Below are positions 38,501-51,655 of a stretch of DNA of 62,527 nt, one piece after another. Numbering within the stretch: position 1 is the stretch's first letter; the number at the start of each line of letters is the position of its first letter. The translations under genes were made by a program, and so were the position numbers. The notes under the pieces were generated by a model, which saw only the letters and a list, made by a program, of their open reading frames with translations, was not told the DNA's origin and did no database searches. The stretch comes from Octopus bimaculoides (taxonomy: Eukaryota): the NCBI RefSeq assembly GCF_001194135.2, contig NC_068981.1:147339339-147401865 (forward strand). The letters are read 5' to 3'.

Positions 38501-39943
38501 TATTAATACTGTAACAATATGATTCTAAATTAACTAGTTGAATTATCATGATTAGTAGTTTACTTCTAAATAGTATGAAGATGGGATAGTAGATCTCAAT
38601 AGACTAAAACTTATAGAATTGAAAATAAGTTTGAAAAAAATCCTTTATTTTTTTCCTTAAAAAAACAATCTTCTTACATAGCTCCTTAGCTGACTAGGGA
38701 ATCTCGCTCAAATTATATCCACTGTCATAAAATGGGATGGTCATCATTGGAATGCTTTTGAATAAAGGTTTACATGATAGGAGCGGATCTAAAGTCCAAC
38801 AAAAACTACAACAAAAGACTTTATTAAAGAGTCAGCTTCTAATGATGTAGTTTGCTAAGCTCTAAGAATCCACGAACTAAAATAGAACATAAATTGAAGC
38901 CATATCATAGCATTACTAAAGACATCTGTTCACAATAAAAAGCACATTTACACTGAATGTAATAGAAAAATCTTAACTTCTATACCAAGCCTATGATAAT
39001 CTAATTTTGCAATTCTAAAGAAAAATTCTTACAAATCCATTAAGGAGCGAGCGATTTAGTTTGGAAAAGAAAAGTCTTTGCCATGCATTCATTAACATAT
39101 TAGAAATTGACAGATTAGGAAAACTAAACTACAACAGTAAATTGGAATAATACTTTTGATATAAATCCAGACATTTTAACAGTCAAAGACACACACACAC
39201 CTTCTCACTCTTTCTAGAAAAGTAAAAACAATTATTTTTTTTTTACTTGGCAATTCTAATGATGCTAAAGAAACTTAGAGATATTTGGTCTGTTAAATGA
39301 AACAAGGAAAGTGGTGTCGGCAATAAAATATATCAGATATTTGTAGCCATGTTCTGATTAAGTAGAATGTAACCATTGCAAATGCTTTTAAATATTTCTT
39401 TTAAAAACAATAAGTAATTTGAAGCCAAGAATAAACTTAAAAACATTGAATTTTCTATCGAATAAAATTCTAAAAATTTATTGTTTAGTTTGGTAGAAAC
39501 AAAACAAAACAAAAACACTCGCTTCTCTAAGAAAAAGAGGATTGTTGAAAGAGCTCTTCCCATAAAATTAAAATGCACACACACACACAGAGAATAGCAC
39601 CAGTATGGGAGAGGAAAATGAAAGTTCTAAGTGTTCAAAGAAGAACTCAGTACCTGTGTTGGGTAGAGTGGATGTATTTATTTATTAACAAATGGCCCAA
39701 CAAAGAAGCTCAGTGCATTTTTGCAGGTCTAGCAATAATAGTCAAACTCACCACATCAGAGGAAAATTACTCATATATATTGAGTGCTCAACATATACAG
39801 GGAAGCCAGGCATTGCCAACACCATATATGTAACTAGTTATATATGTTGAAGTCAGCAATAACTGGTTACCCAATGCATTTTGAATATGCACAAATATGC
39901 ATAGATGAACATATACACAGATATAAATGCACATAAATACATA

Positions 39944-39979
<36 letters not shown>

Positions 39980-42249
39980 AAAAGCAATTTTGTTGTTTTG
40001 TAGTCCACACAAGCTATTTACTAAAAAGGGATTAATCACTTGAATTTTCAACCAGCTATCTTCTTGCTTTATGTTATACGTAACACATGTACAGCATTAT
40101 TTAAGACAACAAATGAATATATATATATATATATATACATACATACATATATATATTGATAGAAACAGTAAGACAACAAAAGAATGAAAGAGANNNNNNN
40201 NNNAGAGACCTCGATATTATGTAAATAGAGGAATTTATCTGTAGATAATATATCTACAGATATATATATATATTGCAAATACTAAAATGTCACATATTAT
40301 TATGTCACACAATAGGCTTTTGTCATTATGCAGTTTATTATCTTCTGTGGATTTGTTATGGTAAAATACATCTCATTTTATCACAAGTCTTGGTTATTTC
40401 CTTTATCCACTGCATCTATAACACATCATGTATTTCCCCTTTACTTCTACAATGATTATGTCATAATAGAAAACTGTCCAAAGTGCTAATAGAATTCTTC
40501 CTAATATTCTGTATCCCATAATTCTTATCTAATCCTTATAAGAATTCTGTGTTCTTCAATTTATTAATTTAAAAAAAAAAAAAAAAAAATTCAGATTGCA
40601 CACAAAATATCAATTCATGGCTTTAGCAATTAAGATTATTCTAGATGTTCTCTTTCTCTTTCCAGGTAGGGATAATTCACATAAAAATGAAAACTGCTTC
40701 ATACAAATTTATCTGTTCATAAAATATATAAGAGAAAGGTATAAAGATGTGTGTATGTGTGCGTATTATATATTATATATGGTGACCCTTTAGAATTCTG
40801 TCTGTACATGTTTTTCCTGCACCTATTTAAAAAGAATGTTGAACACATCAATTTCACCAATCAGGGAAAGCAGGTAGAGCTCATAGGTACAGTCCTTTCC
40901 ACCAGACCAATCAAATACAAAACGTGCGTGTGCATGAACACATGCGCCTGCATGTAGACACAAACAACCAAACTTTTGTTTGGCACAAATATAAAGGAAT
41001 TTTCTTCACACCATCAATGAAACTGAGAAATTTTATATAGGTTTCTTTTACTTCTCATTAATTCATATTTTCCATATATAAAAAAAGAAGTATTGTTTTG
41101 TACATTTATGTTGATTGAATTAAATCCAAAATATTAAAAAGACTGTCCTGTCTTTGAAAGATTACATTCAAATGTTGGATTATTCGACTATTCTGTTGAG
41201 ATCAAAATATTATAGAAATTAATCAAGGTGTTTCATTGCTTTCAGTAGAATAACTCCTAAGTACATGGTTATATTAAAGTAAGATTACAGGCAAGATCTG
41301 TACTAAAATTTCAGCATGTTAAAAGTGAATCAGAGAGACTGCTTTTGACGGTTTTGTTTAAACACTACTAAAAATTAAATAGAATACTATCACAATGATT
41401 CATAAAAGCTTGTATTGTAAAAAATATTAAGAAAAACAAATAACTCCTGGAAAAATTGCCTTAACTTAAGTTGTTTAACATCAAAATAGATCTGATCTAG
41501 AAGACCTGTGATAAAAAATGTTCCTTCAGTGACTTCCCTAACCACCATTTTTTTTCCCGTCACAGTGTATCTATCTAAAACTAAATAATCTAAGGTGTCC
41601 CTGCCATTTGAAAGCAGTAGAGTGTAATTTGGGGAGAAGTGGTTGTTAAGAAGAGACCAATTTGACTATCCCATCTTTTTCTTCCAAGTGTATCTATAGT
41701 TACGCCATTAAAGGTGTCTTTGTTTTCTTAAAGAAAGTAGGGTATAATTTGGAGAGATTTAGTTGCTATTTCTAGTAGAACAATTAACCACATTGAGTCT
41801 GTCTGTCTCTCTCTTTCTCTCTCTAAGTGGCCTGAAAAGTTGGTGATCAGGGTTCTACCTCTATTATCACTAGCACTCCCCCCCAATCAAATTACAAGAT
41901 TTAGTTAACTCTCTTCCCCATGTCTAAACTACCCTTTAAATTATAGATCCAATTAGTCTGAAAACAGAATAACATCCATGTTATAGCCTCAGATATGGGG
42001 AAATTCTAATTAAGTAATCCATAGATTCATGGAATATCTTTCATCATATTCAATAACAAATATTCATTTAAAGACTAACTTCATCATAATCTGAGTGAAA
42101 TCTGACCAAAATGATTATTAAGGAGATTGGGTAAGACAGAGAGGTGAACGAGAATGAAAACTGCCTTACAAAAAGTAAATCAATACAAACGAAACAATTT
42201 TTGGTTGGGGGCAGCATCAAAGGATAACCTGATAACCTAGCAAAAGGTA

Positions 42250-42700
42250 ATTAAATTAGTAGCAATTTTAGCAGTGCTGAAGCCTAAAAACGAATGAGAA
42301 GTAATTCTTAATAAAGATGGAAAATTTGGTGTGTAAGGGTCAAAGGTGCACGATTCGTTAAGAAGCACTCTTAGAAACAATATTAGACTTGGTGATTTAT
42401 ATTTTGACAATTTCTAGCCAATCAACAGACATGACTTAACATAATCAGGTTCATTTCTCATGGCTTAATACACCATTAAAAATATTCAAGAAAACCAATA
42501 GGGAGGTGCAATTAAGGGAGGGTCTCTTATAAAGTAGGCCATTTCTTTGTTAGTAATCTATTAAGCATTGCATCAAGTACACTGCCATAGAGACAGTTTG
42601 AGCAGCAACCTTGATATTGAAGGAAATGATTACAGCTTACAAAGTAAACCGCTCTTGTCTAAATACCAGTAACAACTAGTCTAGCTTTCAGTTAAGGAAT
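42250..42700 (-). mobile_element. Possible very old Copia-type RT remnant
   Basis: KARLVVTG (cf. Copia KARLVARG) at about 42660-42685, followed by weak colinear fragments such as KLSKYKSPSLIL. Many stops. Confidence 0.3.
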
Positions 42701-43039
42701 AACATATTTAGTTCCATTGGAAAGTCTCTGATATATTGGAAAGTATGTGCAAAATAAAGATTGATCTAATAAATTACTTGAAGAAGTTAACTGGTTTCAG
42801 AGCAGTTATAATGAATGGAAAGAGAAAAGCTGCAAGCTCAATCAGAGCAATAAATAATTTACTTGCTTTTTACATCTGATTGTCATTGTAAGTGCAGAAA
42901 TCAAAACAAAATATTAACTCCTAAGAAGAACATACAGAAAAAAAAAAAAAGAACAAAAATATCACCAACAACAGCCACACCATACTTCTTTCACAAATAC
43001 CTGTATGCGTGTGTGTGTGCGTGCACATGCCCTTATCTT

Positions 43040-43262
43040 TACACCATGTGATAATTGTGAACAAGTATCACCATCATATGAAAAATGCTGTTCCTTTCCA
43101 GTCTTCCATAAAAAAATATGTCTGCTCATGGGGAAAGGTTAACTTCATTGGAAACAGAAACTGGTGACAGGAAGGGCATCTTAGCAGTAGAAAATCTGTC
43201 TTAACAAATTGCATCTGATCCATGCAAGCAAGAAAAAGTAAATGTTAAACGATGATGATGAG
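43040..43262 (+). mobile_element. E-type SINE 3' body with (GAT)n tail
   Basis: GGAAACAG...GGTGACAGGAAGGGCATC...AGAAAATCTG...GTTAAACGATGATGATG. Similar bodies occur at about 32155-32345 (-) and 51670-51830 (+). Confidence 0.65.
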
Positions 43263-43604
43263 GAGGAGGAGAAGGAGGAACTCATTCAATACTAACTGGC
43301 CTAAAGATGTCCCCTATGTCATGCTATGAATCTACCCAAAACCACCTATATTAAAGTGTTTATTTTTAAATTATAATCCCAACTGAAATCTAGTCAGATG
43401 AATAATTTTGAATTTCAGAAGGTAAAAATCTCAACATGATTTTTCATAGGAACCTTTAGTTGTGCATTACAAATACCAGCTTAGTATGCTGGTAGGCTGG
43501 TGAAGGAAGCCTCTTTGTAGTCATTTAATCTGTTAGAAATAACAACCAAATCTCTACCTTTTTAATTAAGGAAAGAATATATTTGATAATGTAGTCCTAT
43601 ATAC

Positions 43605-43639
43605 TTCTGAGAGAGAGAGAGAAAGGGAGAAAGACAAAC

Positions 43640-43670
<31 letters not shown>

Positions 43671-43760
43671 AAGGGAGAAAGACAAACAGATAGATAGAGA
43701 GAGAGAGAGAGGGAGAAAGACAGACAGATAGATAGATAGAGAGAGAGAGAGAAAGAGAGA
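43605..43760. repeat. Compound (AG)n/(GATA)n tandem repeat, about 3 higher-order units of 40-50 bp
   Basis: GGGAGAAAGACA(A/G)ACAGATAGATAG occurs three times, separated by (AG)n. Confidence 0.85.
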
Positions 43761-45152
43761 GTGGTCAATGCTGGAACATCTCTGATCAACCAATGATGAC
43801 ATGGGGCAAGACAACTACCACTGGTCAAAAAATGAGAATGTGTGAGTTATTTTATTAAACAACAACCAAGCCTGGATCATTCTGAAAATTTACTGAAACA
43901 CAGGTGATAGTGTATTGGTTATCAGGAATATGTTTAGGTAAGAGTTAACAGTAGAAAAGTGTTTTATTGTTGTACAGTTACAGAACCATTTTACTGATGC
44001 ATTAGAATCAGTAAAAAAAGAAACTAGATACCTCATTGAAGAACATTAAAACTAACTCTTTACAAATAGCTTAACAACAGACCATGAGTGGATAGCTCTG
44101 GTTTAGTTTTCATATATATTAATGTGAAAACCTCTACTAATGAATGTATAGCATTGTCACAACAATATAGTGTGAAAAACAATCCACACATCACTGAAAT
44201 AGATGAAAACCTACAGTATACTGTTCAATGAAATTTCATTAACTCTGAAACAAACTATAAACTGAATTGAAATAACAACACACCATTGGAAGAATGTTCA
44301 CTGGAATTAAAACAACAGAAATGCTAATACAAAATGAATTTGAAGATAGCGGTATTCTTGTTTGGCTCCTAGTCAGCTCTGATCATTTCATTAATTTGTA
44401 CACTAAAAAACTGGAACTAAACAACAATACTCAATGTTTTCTACTTTAAATTCCCATCTCCCAAAATCTTACACCACCAATATATATATATTGTTTGATA
44501 CCTAGAATTTTAAATGAGTCATAAAGTTACTGTAACTTTGACATATCTACCACCTTCTCGAAGAAGATTATGGAGAGACCTTTTCCCACATAATTAAACA
44601 AAGAAACAATGGAATAAACACAATGCTGGCTATTGACCTAATGATGCCAACTAACTTTGGTATGAAGGGAATCAAAGCATGACTAAAGAATTTTATAACA
44701 CAGATTAGATGCCACAAATGCTTGTTATTTTCTTCAAAACCATTTTTACATGTGCTAATGGTAATGCTAGCAGCAACACAAGTAAATTAAATGACATCAA
44801 CCAGATCTGACCAACAAGGTAAATATTACAATGAAAGTGCCTTTTTGCTACCATAAGTAAATACAGTAAGAATGAGATATCCTGTTCCCAAGAACAAAAA
44901 GGGACAAAATTTAGCACCAATACTGATTGTTACCATTTTAGTACAGGGTCACAAATCATAGGCCAGGGGCAACTATCTAAACTGACGCCAACATTTAAAT
45001 AGTACTTACTTTATTGTAAATATAAAGAATGGTAAGCAAAGTTAACTTCTGGCAGGATTTCTGAGAAAGCCATTAAAAAGTAACTAAATTCTATCAAATA
45101 TTTTGTTCAGCACTCTGCTGTTCACTATTCTCTAAATGTAGCATTAATAATA

Positions 45153-46344
45153 TTATCAGATCATTAAGAATGAAATGTCCGATTTTGAATTGAAAGTTTA
45201 TTTCACTTCATCTCTACAAAAAGCAATGCAGTTATTCAAAGTATGCACCTAAATTATCAACACAGTTTTGCCACTTTACCGGTAGCTTATTTATACCGGT
45301 AGCAAAGAATTCTGGAGAGCAAGAGGTGATAAAATCATAAAAGGCTGTTTTTGCATCTTCAGATTTGAAGTTTTTTTCTTGCAAAAACTTGTCTAATGCC
45401 TGGAAAATGTAATTGTCAGTTGGTACAAGGTCTGGTGAATATAGTGGATGACAGAGTACTTCCAAGTTCAGTTCCTGTAACTGGAGTAGTGTTCTTTGTG
45501 CAACATGTGGTTGAGCATTGTCTTGCAAGAGAATTGGCCTGTCTCTACTAACCAATCTCAGTTGTTTAATTGCAAGTTCACTCATCACTTCATCCAATTA
45601 GTTGATGTATACATCCACTGTAATTAACAGGTCTCACGAAGCTGTAGTGGATGACACCAGCACTGGGCCACCAAACAGACACCATTAGCTTTTTTTGTTT
45701 TTTTGGTGAATATTCTTTTTTGAATTGTGTTTTGGCACTTCGTCTCTATCCAACCACCATGCAGAACGCTTGCTATTGTTGAAAAGAATCTATTTTTCAT
45801 CACATGTAACAATACGATGCAACAATGGTTAAAGTTTCAAGACATCATGTCATTTGATGCTCATTCAGTTTGTGTAGTACCCACCTGTCCAGCTTCTTTA
45901 CCTTGCTGATTTGTTTCAGATGGTCCAATACAGTTGGAATTGAAGCATCAAACCTTGCTGCTAACTCATGTGTAGTTTGAGATGTATCTATTTCCACTAC
46001 AGTTTCCAGTTGATCATTATCCACCTTGGTTTCAGGTCTACCACGGGGCTGATTTTCAAGAGTAAAGTCACCAGACCGGAACTTCTCAAACCATTGATGT
46101 ACAGTGCACTCATTCACTACATCTCATTGATGTTTTGAGTTGTCTGGGATGCATTGGTTCCACGACAGAACTCATATTCATAAACAACACAAATTTTTTT
46201 TATCTATCCATGGGTTCATGAAAAATGATTTACAAGAGAAAACAATTTGCATTTCAAAAAGTGATGACGTAACTCTTCAATGTTAACAACTGTTAAACGT
46301 GGTGCATAAGAAAATCGGACATTTCATTCTGAATGATCTGATAA
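45153..46344 (-). mobile_element. Mariner (DD34D) transposon, near full length, defective
   Basis: 34-bp TIRs at 45153-45186 and 46311-46344 with 1 mismatch, and TA at 45151-45152. Transposase pieces: QWFEKFRSGDFTLENQPRGRP (HTH), WVLHKL (WVPHEL-like), HRIVTCDEK* (first D, W to stop), LLQDNAQPH (second D) and HPLYSPDLVPTD (third D). Contains stops and frameshifts. Confidence 0.92.
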
Positions 46345-46598
46345 GTATATATCTCTCATAAACAAAGGAATATTACATAATGTCATCCCAGTTACAGTAG
46401 CTATTAAAAAAAAAAAAAACTAGATGGGATGGTCATGGCAGTAATACCTTTGACTAAGTCTTCTATTGGATCAATAATAAAACAGTAGTTTAGCCCTTTT
46501 TGTGGTTGTATTTCTAATGAACTACACTGCCCATGTGTTTTAATTAATTTTGAAATCAAGAATTTGAAGAGACTGTTTGTTGCATAGAATTATAATGA

Positions 46599-46670
46599 AA
46601 GATTTTAATTTTAAATATGATGTAAAATTTTAATTTAAATGTGATGCAAGATTTTAATTTAAATATGATA
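46599..46670. repeat. 24-bp AT-rich minisatellite x3
   Basis: AA(G/A)ATTTTAATTTAAAT(A/G)TGAT is repeated three times. Confidence 0.8.
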
Positions 46671-47384
46671 TCTTTAAAACAATGGTCTCAGGCAGGTTGG
46701 TATTTCAAGAGTTAAGGAAACTAAAGCAATGGCTGAAGACAAAGGAATAAGATGTAAACAAGATGATATTAAAATTACATTTAGTATTTGTACTTATGTA
46801 CAAGGTTATAACGAAGTGGTACCATTAGAGTATGAAAAAAGACGAAAAAAAAAAATTGAAATGAGTATATAAGATGGTGGTTTGACAAGCAGTAATGGCA
46901 AATAATGATATCCCTTTCTATCATATAGGACTGAAAAATCTCACAATGACCACTAATTAATTAAAAAGAGAAAGGAGGGGGTAGAATATCATTGAATAGC
47001 CGATGAATATAAGCTATAGACTTTGGTACAATTTATTATTGGTATGGTTGAAACAAAGGAATGGGAGGGGTAGAGTTGACTGACTTAGTCTTTGTAAAAC
47101 GTATTATTTATTTTATTGACTCTGAAAGGATGAAAGGCAAAGTCAACAGGGATGGTACTAAATACTGCAAGACAGTTTAGCAATACCATTTATGCCACTA
47201 CACCTCCCTGATACAACTAAACCTAATGAACCAAGATGAACCTCTGCAAAGTCACTTGACCTCCTTGAAGTAACAGTTAAATCTCCCTCATCACAACCTG
47301 ACTGACTTAGAAAACCTTTGATCACAGAACCCGAGCTGAGCTGGAGCTAAACAACAACTAAACATTAAAAAAGGACTATAACTC

Positions 47385-47800
47385 TTATCTTTTTAATCTG
47401 TTTCAGTCATTAGATTGCGGCCATGCTGGGGCCTTAAAGAATCTTAGACAAGCGAATGAACTCCAGTCCAATTTTTTTTTTATGCCTGGTATTTATTCTA
47501 TCACTTTTTTTTGCTGAACTTCTAAATTATGGGGACGTAAACATACCAACACCAGTTGTGAAGTGGCAGTGGGAGACAAACATAGACACAAAGACACATG
47601 CACAGACGTGTGTGTGTGTATATATACACACATACACAAGGAGTTTCTTTCAGTTTCTGTCTACCAAATCCACTCAGAAGGCTTTGGTTGGCCCGAGGCT
47701 ATAGTAAAAGACACTTACTTGTCCAAGGTGCTATGCAGTAGAACTGAATGTAAAACCATGTGGTTGGGAAGCAAACTTCTTATCACAGCCACGCCTATGC
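47385..47800 (-). mobile_element. SINE family A copy
   Basis: TTTCAGTCATTAGATTGCGGCCATGCTGG, TTTCAGTTTCTGTCTACCAAATCCACTC and CCATGTGGTTGGGAAGCAA. Confidence 0.8.
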
Positions 47801-49227
47801 TTATAAAAATGCATGTGCACAACAAGGTGCAGAACCCACAACCCTGAGATTAAGAGTCTCAAAATAATTGAAGGAATATCTGTTTTAACAACACATAACC
47901 TCAATTAAAGACACATGTGTGGAGAGAAAGAGAGGTGGGTGTATAACAGAATTAAGAATTCAATAATTGTATAGAAAATTTTAAATGTATTTGTCTCCCT
48001 TCCCTTTCTTTTATTTTTTAATTTTTTGTTGCTAAAACAAAAAGGTTCGGAAGAAAATTTGGATAAATTGCTAAAAATTTCAGCTAGTATTTACAGTATT
48101 TAGAACACAAGGATTCTATGAAATCTGTCTCTCATGAAGGAAAATTCTTTGGAAAGATTAGCAAAAGTTCGATGAAATTTCTCACCAAATTTATTATCAG
48201 ATTTACTATTAATTTGTTTACATTTTCAGGAGACTTTTAGTGTGTGTGTGTGTGTGTGTATGAGAGAGAGAGAGAGAGAGAGATTGAGAGAGAAACTACT
48301 CTAATTGAGATGATACCAAGATGTTTGCCAGTTAATTATGAGAATTGTGTTGAAGGTTTAAATGGTAGAGAGAAAAGAGAAGTCTTCAATGGAAGCAAGC
48401 AACAGGAAAGAGAAAAACAAAAAAACAGAAACAAAACCTTTTAGGATCAATGTATGTGGCATTTAATTAACTCAACTGATTCGGAATGGTTTTGGTTTTT
48501 AATTCTCAATCAGTTGTGGAAGATATTAGTTTCCATGATAAATAGTTGATGTAGATACCCTTTGAAAAGAAAGATAAAAAAAAAAAAAAAACCTCTCCAA
48601 TTTCCTCTCTTCTCTATGTTCAAATTTAAAAAAAAAAAAGATTATGTACTTGTTTTCTTGAAGCACACGTTTTTATATGACACACATCGTCAATAAGGAA
48701 GCAGTATTCTTCAGTCATCATCATCAGTTAATATCTGTCTTCCATGCTGGCATGGGTTAGATGGTTTGACAGGAGCTGGTTAGGCAGAATACTGCACCAA
48801 CCTTCACTATCTGTTTTAGCATGATTTTTATGGCTGGATGCCCTTCCTAATGCTAACCCATTCAGTGTTGAAGGATAATTTTATCTAAATTCTTGCATTC
48901 TTTTACTTGTTACAGTCTTTCCTGACTGTGACCATGCTGGGACACCAGCTTCACAGGTTTTTTTACCAATTATATCAAAACCAGTACTTTGTGTGGCACT
49001 TGGCATAAAAAGGGGCCTTAATATATAAATACTACAACATATTTTTGATGTACTGACTTACACAAACACACAGAGAGAGGATTTTTCACTCCCATATAAT
49101 AAGAAGGGAAATCATTATTTGTCACTACAGCTGCTTGTCATACAGAGAGGTTTTTGTAATATCTTTGTCAACCAAACTTTACTCACAACGTATTTATTGA
49201 TTAACCTAAGGCTATAGTAAATACATT

Positions 49228-50737
49228 GGTGAATTTATAGTTTCACACCAGACTTGATTTCGGTACTAAATAATTTTTTCCCTGTTTTATCTTTTTGTGG
49301 GGGTGCAATCATCTTAGCTGACCTCGTAAGCTGTTGGAAATGCATTTTTCTGTGGAAAATTGAGGGGGGGGGGGCAGGACCTTGGAAATTCCCCTTTCCG
49401 ACTCCATCTCCTGCATGGTTTTTTGCACTGCAATCATCTTCATTGACTTCATAATGTGCGGGAAATGCATTTTGTGCATGGAAAATGGTAGGGGTGGGAT
49501 GGAACCTAGAGCAGTCCTGTATATTTTCTTATTTCTTTATTGCCCAAAAGGGGCTAAACATAGAGGAGACAAACAAAGGGATCAAGTCGCTTAGATCGAC
49601 CCCAGTGTGTAACTGGTACTTAATTTATCGACCCGAAAGGATCAAAGGCAAAGTCGACCTCAGCGGAATTTGAACTCAGATTGTAACGGCAGACGAAATA
49701 CTGCTAAGCATTTCACCCGGTGTGCTAACGTTTGGTTGTTCACTGGATTTGAGCAGATTAGCAAACATCGCTTTGTTGTTCCTCTGACTGGTCAGAAGCG
49801 TGACAAAGCAACATTGCTTCCACTAATTCAAAACTACATCAAAGGTGACTCAGTTATCTTCAGTGGTTCTTGGGCAGCTTACAAAGATATACAAACATTG
49901 GGTTATGGACATTATATGATAAACCACAAAGAAAATTTTACTGACCACCACACATGCACACATACACTCGAATTATTTTTGGCGAGATTTAGTGTCTGTA
50001 TATTTTCTGTCTCTGGATTTGTGCTGGAATTGATCCTTTACTGGTGATCTGGTAGGGGTGTATATAACTTTGCTGCCTCAATAAAAAATTGGTGCAGCAA
50101 TTTTCTTTTTTTTTCTGTAGCAGAGATAAATAAATACCTGGCCAGGTACTGGTGTAGATAGTTTCAATGAATACCCAGCCTTTTCACCCATTCTTTTAAA
50201 TCTCGCCAAAAATGTTCGAGTGTATGTGTGCATGTGTGGTGGTCAGTAAAATTTTCTTTGTGGTTTATCATATAATGTCCATAACCCAATGTTTGTATAT
50301 CTTTGTAAGCTGCCCAAGAACCACTGAAGATAACTGAGTCACCTTTGATGTAGTTTTGAATTAGTGGAAGCAATGTTGCTTTGTCACGCTTCTGACCAGT
50401 CAGAGGAACAACAAAGCGATGTTTGCTAATCTGCTCAAATCCAGTGAAACAACCAAACATAAACATTTTAATTAGAATATACAATCTGTAAATGGAATTA
50501 ACTGATTATATGTATGAGGTCAATTAAGATGATAGTAACGAAAAAAAACACGAGAGATGGGGTTGGGAAGGGGAATTTCTGAGGTTCCGCCCCCACCCTC
50601 ACCCCCTCTATTTTCTGCAGAAAGAATGCATTTCTGACAGCTTACAAGGTCAACTAAGACGATTGCATAGAAAAAAAAAAAAAGCGGGGAAAAATTTAGT
50701 ACCAAAATCGAGTCTTGTGTGAAACTATAAATTTACC
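49228..50737 (-). mobile_element. Non-autonomous Merlin/IS1595-like DNA transposon with long imperfect TIRs and a transposase remnant
   Basis: The ends GGTGAATTTATAGTTTCACAC and GTGTGAAACTATAAATTTACC extend into about 190-bp imperfect inverted arms. The 8-bp flanks AATACATT and AATAGATC (6/8 identical) fit a decayed TSD. The remnant TLLPLIQNYIKGDSVIFSGSWAAYKDIQTLGYGHYMINHKENF...LEHFWRDLK resembles the Merlin/ISXO2 DDE core (SDxWxAY, VNHSxxF), with the second D replaced by G. Confidence 0.8.
49550..49730 (-). mobile_element. SINE family B copy inside the Merlin-like element, missing its extreme 5' head
   Basis: GATCGACCCCAGTGTGTAACTGGTACTTAATTTATCGACCCGAAAGGATCAAAGGCAAAGTCGACCTC...GCTAACG, then an abrupt switch to transposase sequence at 49731. 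Confidence 0.85.
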
Positions 50738-51107
50738 AATAGATCTTGTCCCATGTTCTGAGCAGTGGAATTGAACCCGAGACCTTTTGGTTGTTGAATA
50801 ACTTGCTTAGCCATGTAGCAATGGCAAATTTAAATGTTTCTAACTTAAGTACAGTGCCATAAATTTAGAGTTGAATTCTGTATAGTATTTAGCTAAATTT
50901 ATATATATATATATACACAAAGAATATATATGCATGTATACACACATATATGTACATACTTATATCTACATGTGTATATAGATGGATATCAGGGTACAGG
51001 ACGTTAGAACAATGAACTACAGACAACGGAATGAACACATAGGAAAACAGATAGCCACTTGGAATTAATCCTTCGTCAGCTGCCTCTATTCTAACTAGAC
51101 GTTTCGA

Positions 51108-51150
<43 letters not shown>

Positions 51151-51250
51151 AACAAACTGAGGAAAAGAAATCCTTGAAAGGGGTGTGTTAAACATCTAAT
51201 TCACTGGTACTTCAGTTGGATACTATATACATATTGGTATTAATCAATTC

Positions 51251-51602
51251 TAAAGATAAATTAAATATAGAGATATTCTATTGACAATCCAATAATTTAT
51301 TTATATACAATATTACGTTAAATACTATGAATATAATATATAACATAACATAATATTATGTAAATAATTATAAAAACCATAAAGGGTCAACAAATTGTTT
51401 CGACTTATATATATTTTTCTGATATACATAATCACAGTTCCATTATATTTATAGTCACTTCTGAGTCCTTTTATGGTTTTTATAATTATTTATATAATAT
51501 TATGTTATGTTATATATTATATTCATAGTATTTAATGTAATATTGTATATAAAAAAATCATTGGATTGTCAATAGAATATCTCTATATTTAATTTATCTT
51601 TA
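51251..51602. repeat. AT-rich fold-back/MITE-like inverted repeat (about 135-bp arms, about 80-bp spacer)
   Basis: TAAAGATAAATTAAATATAGAGATATTCTATTGACAATCCAAT (from 51251) is the exact reverse complement of the segment ending at 51602. The arms run to about 51385 and 51467 with few mismatches. Confidence 0.9.
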
Positions 51603-51611
51603 TATATATGC

Positions 51612-51655
<44 letters not shown>

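Noticed and set aside
39270-39292. ZMYND19 exon 2 candidate (tttaacag|ACC AAA TAT = TKY, minus strand)
   Set aside because: An in-frame TAA follows two codons later and there is no LIDEQD or FE similarity.
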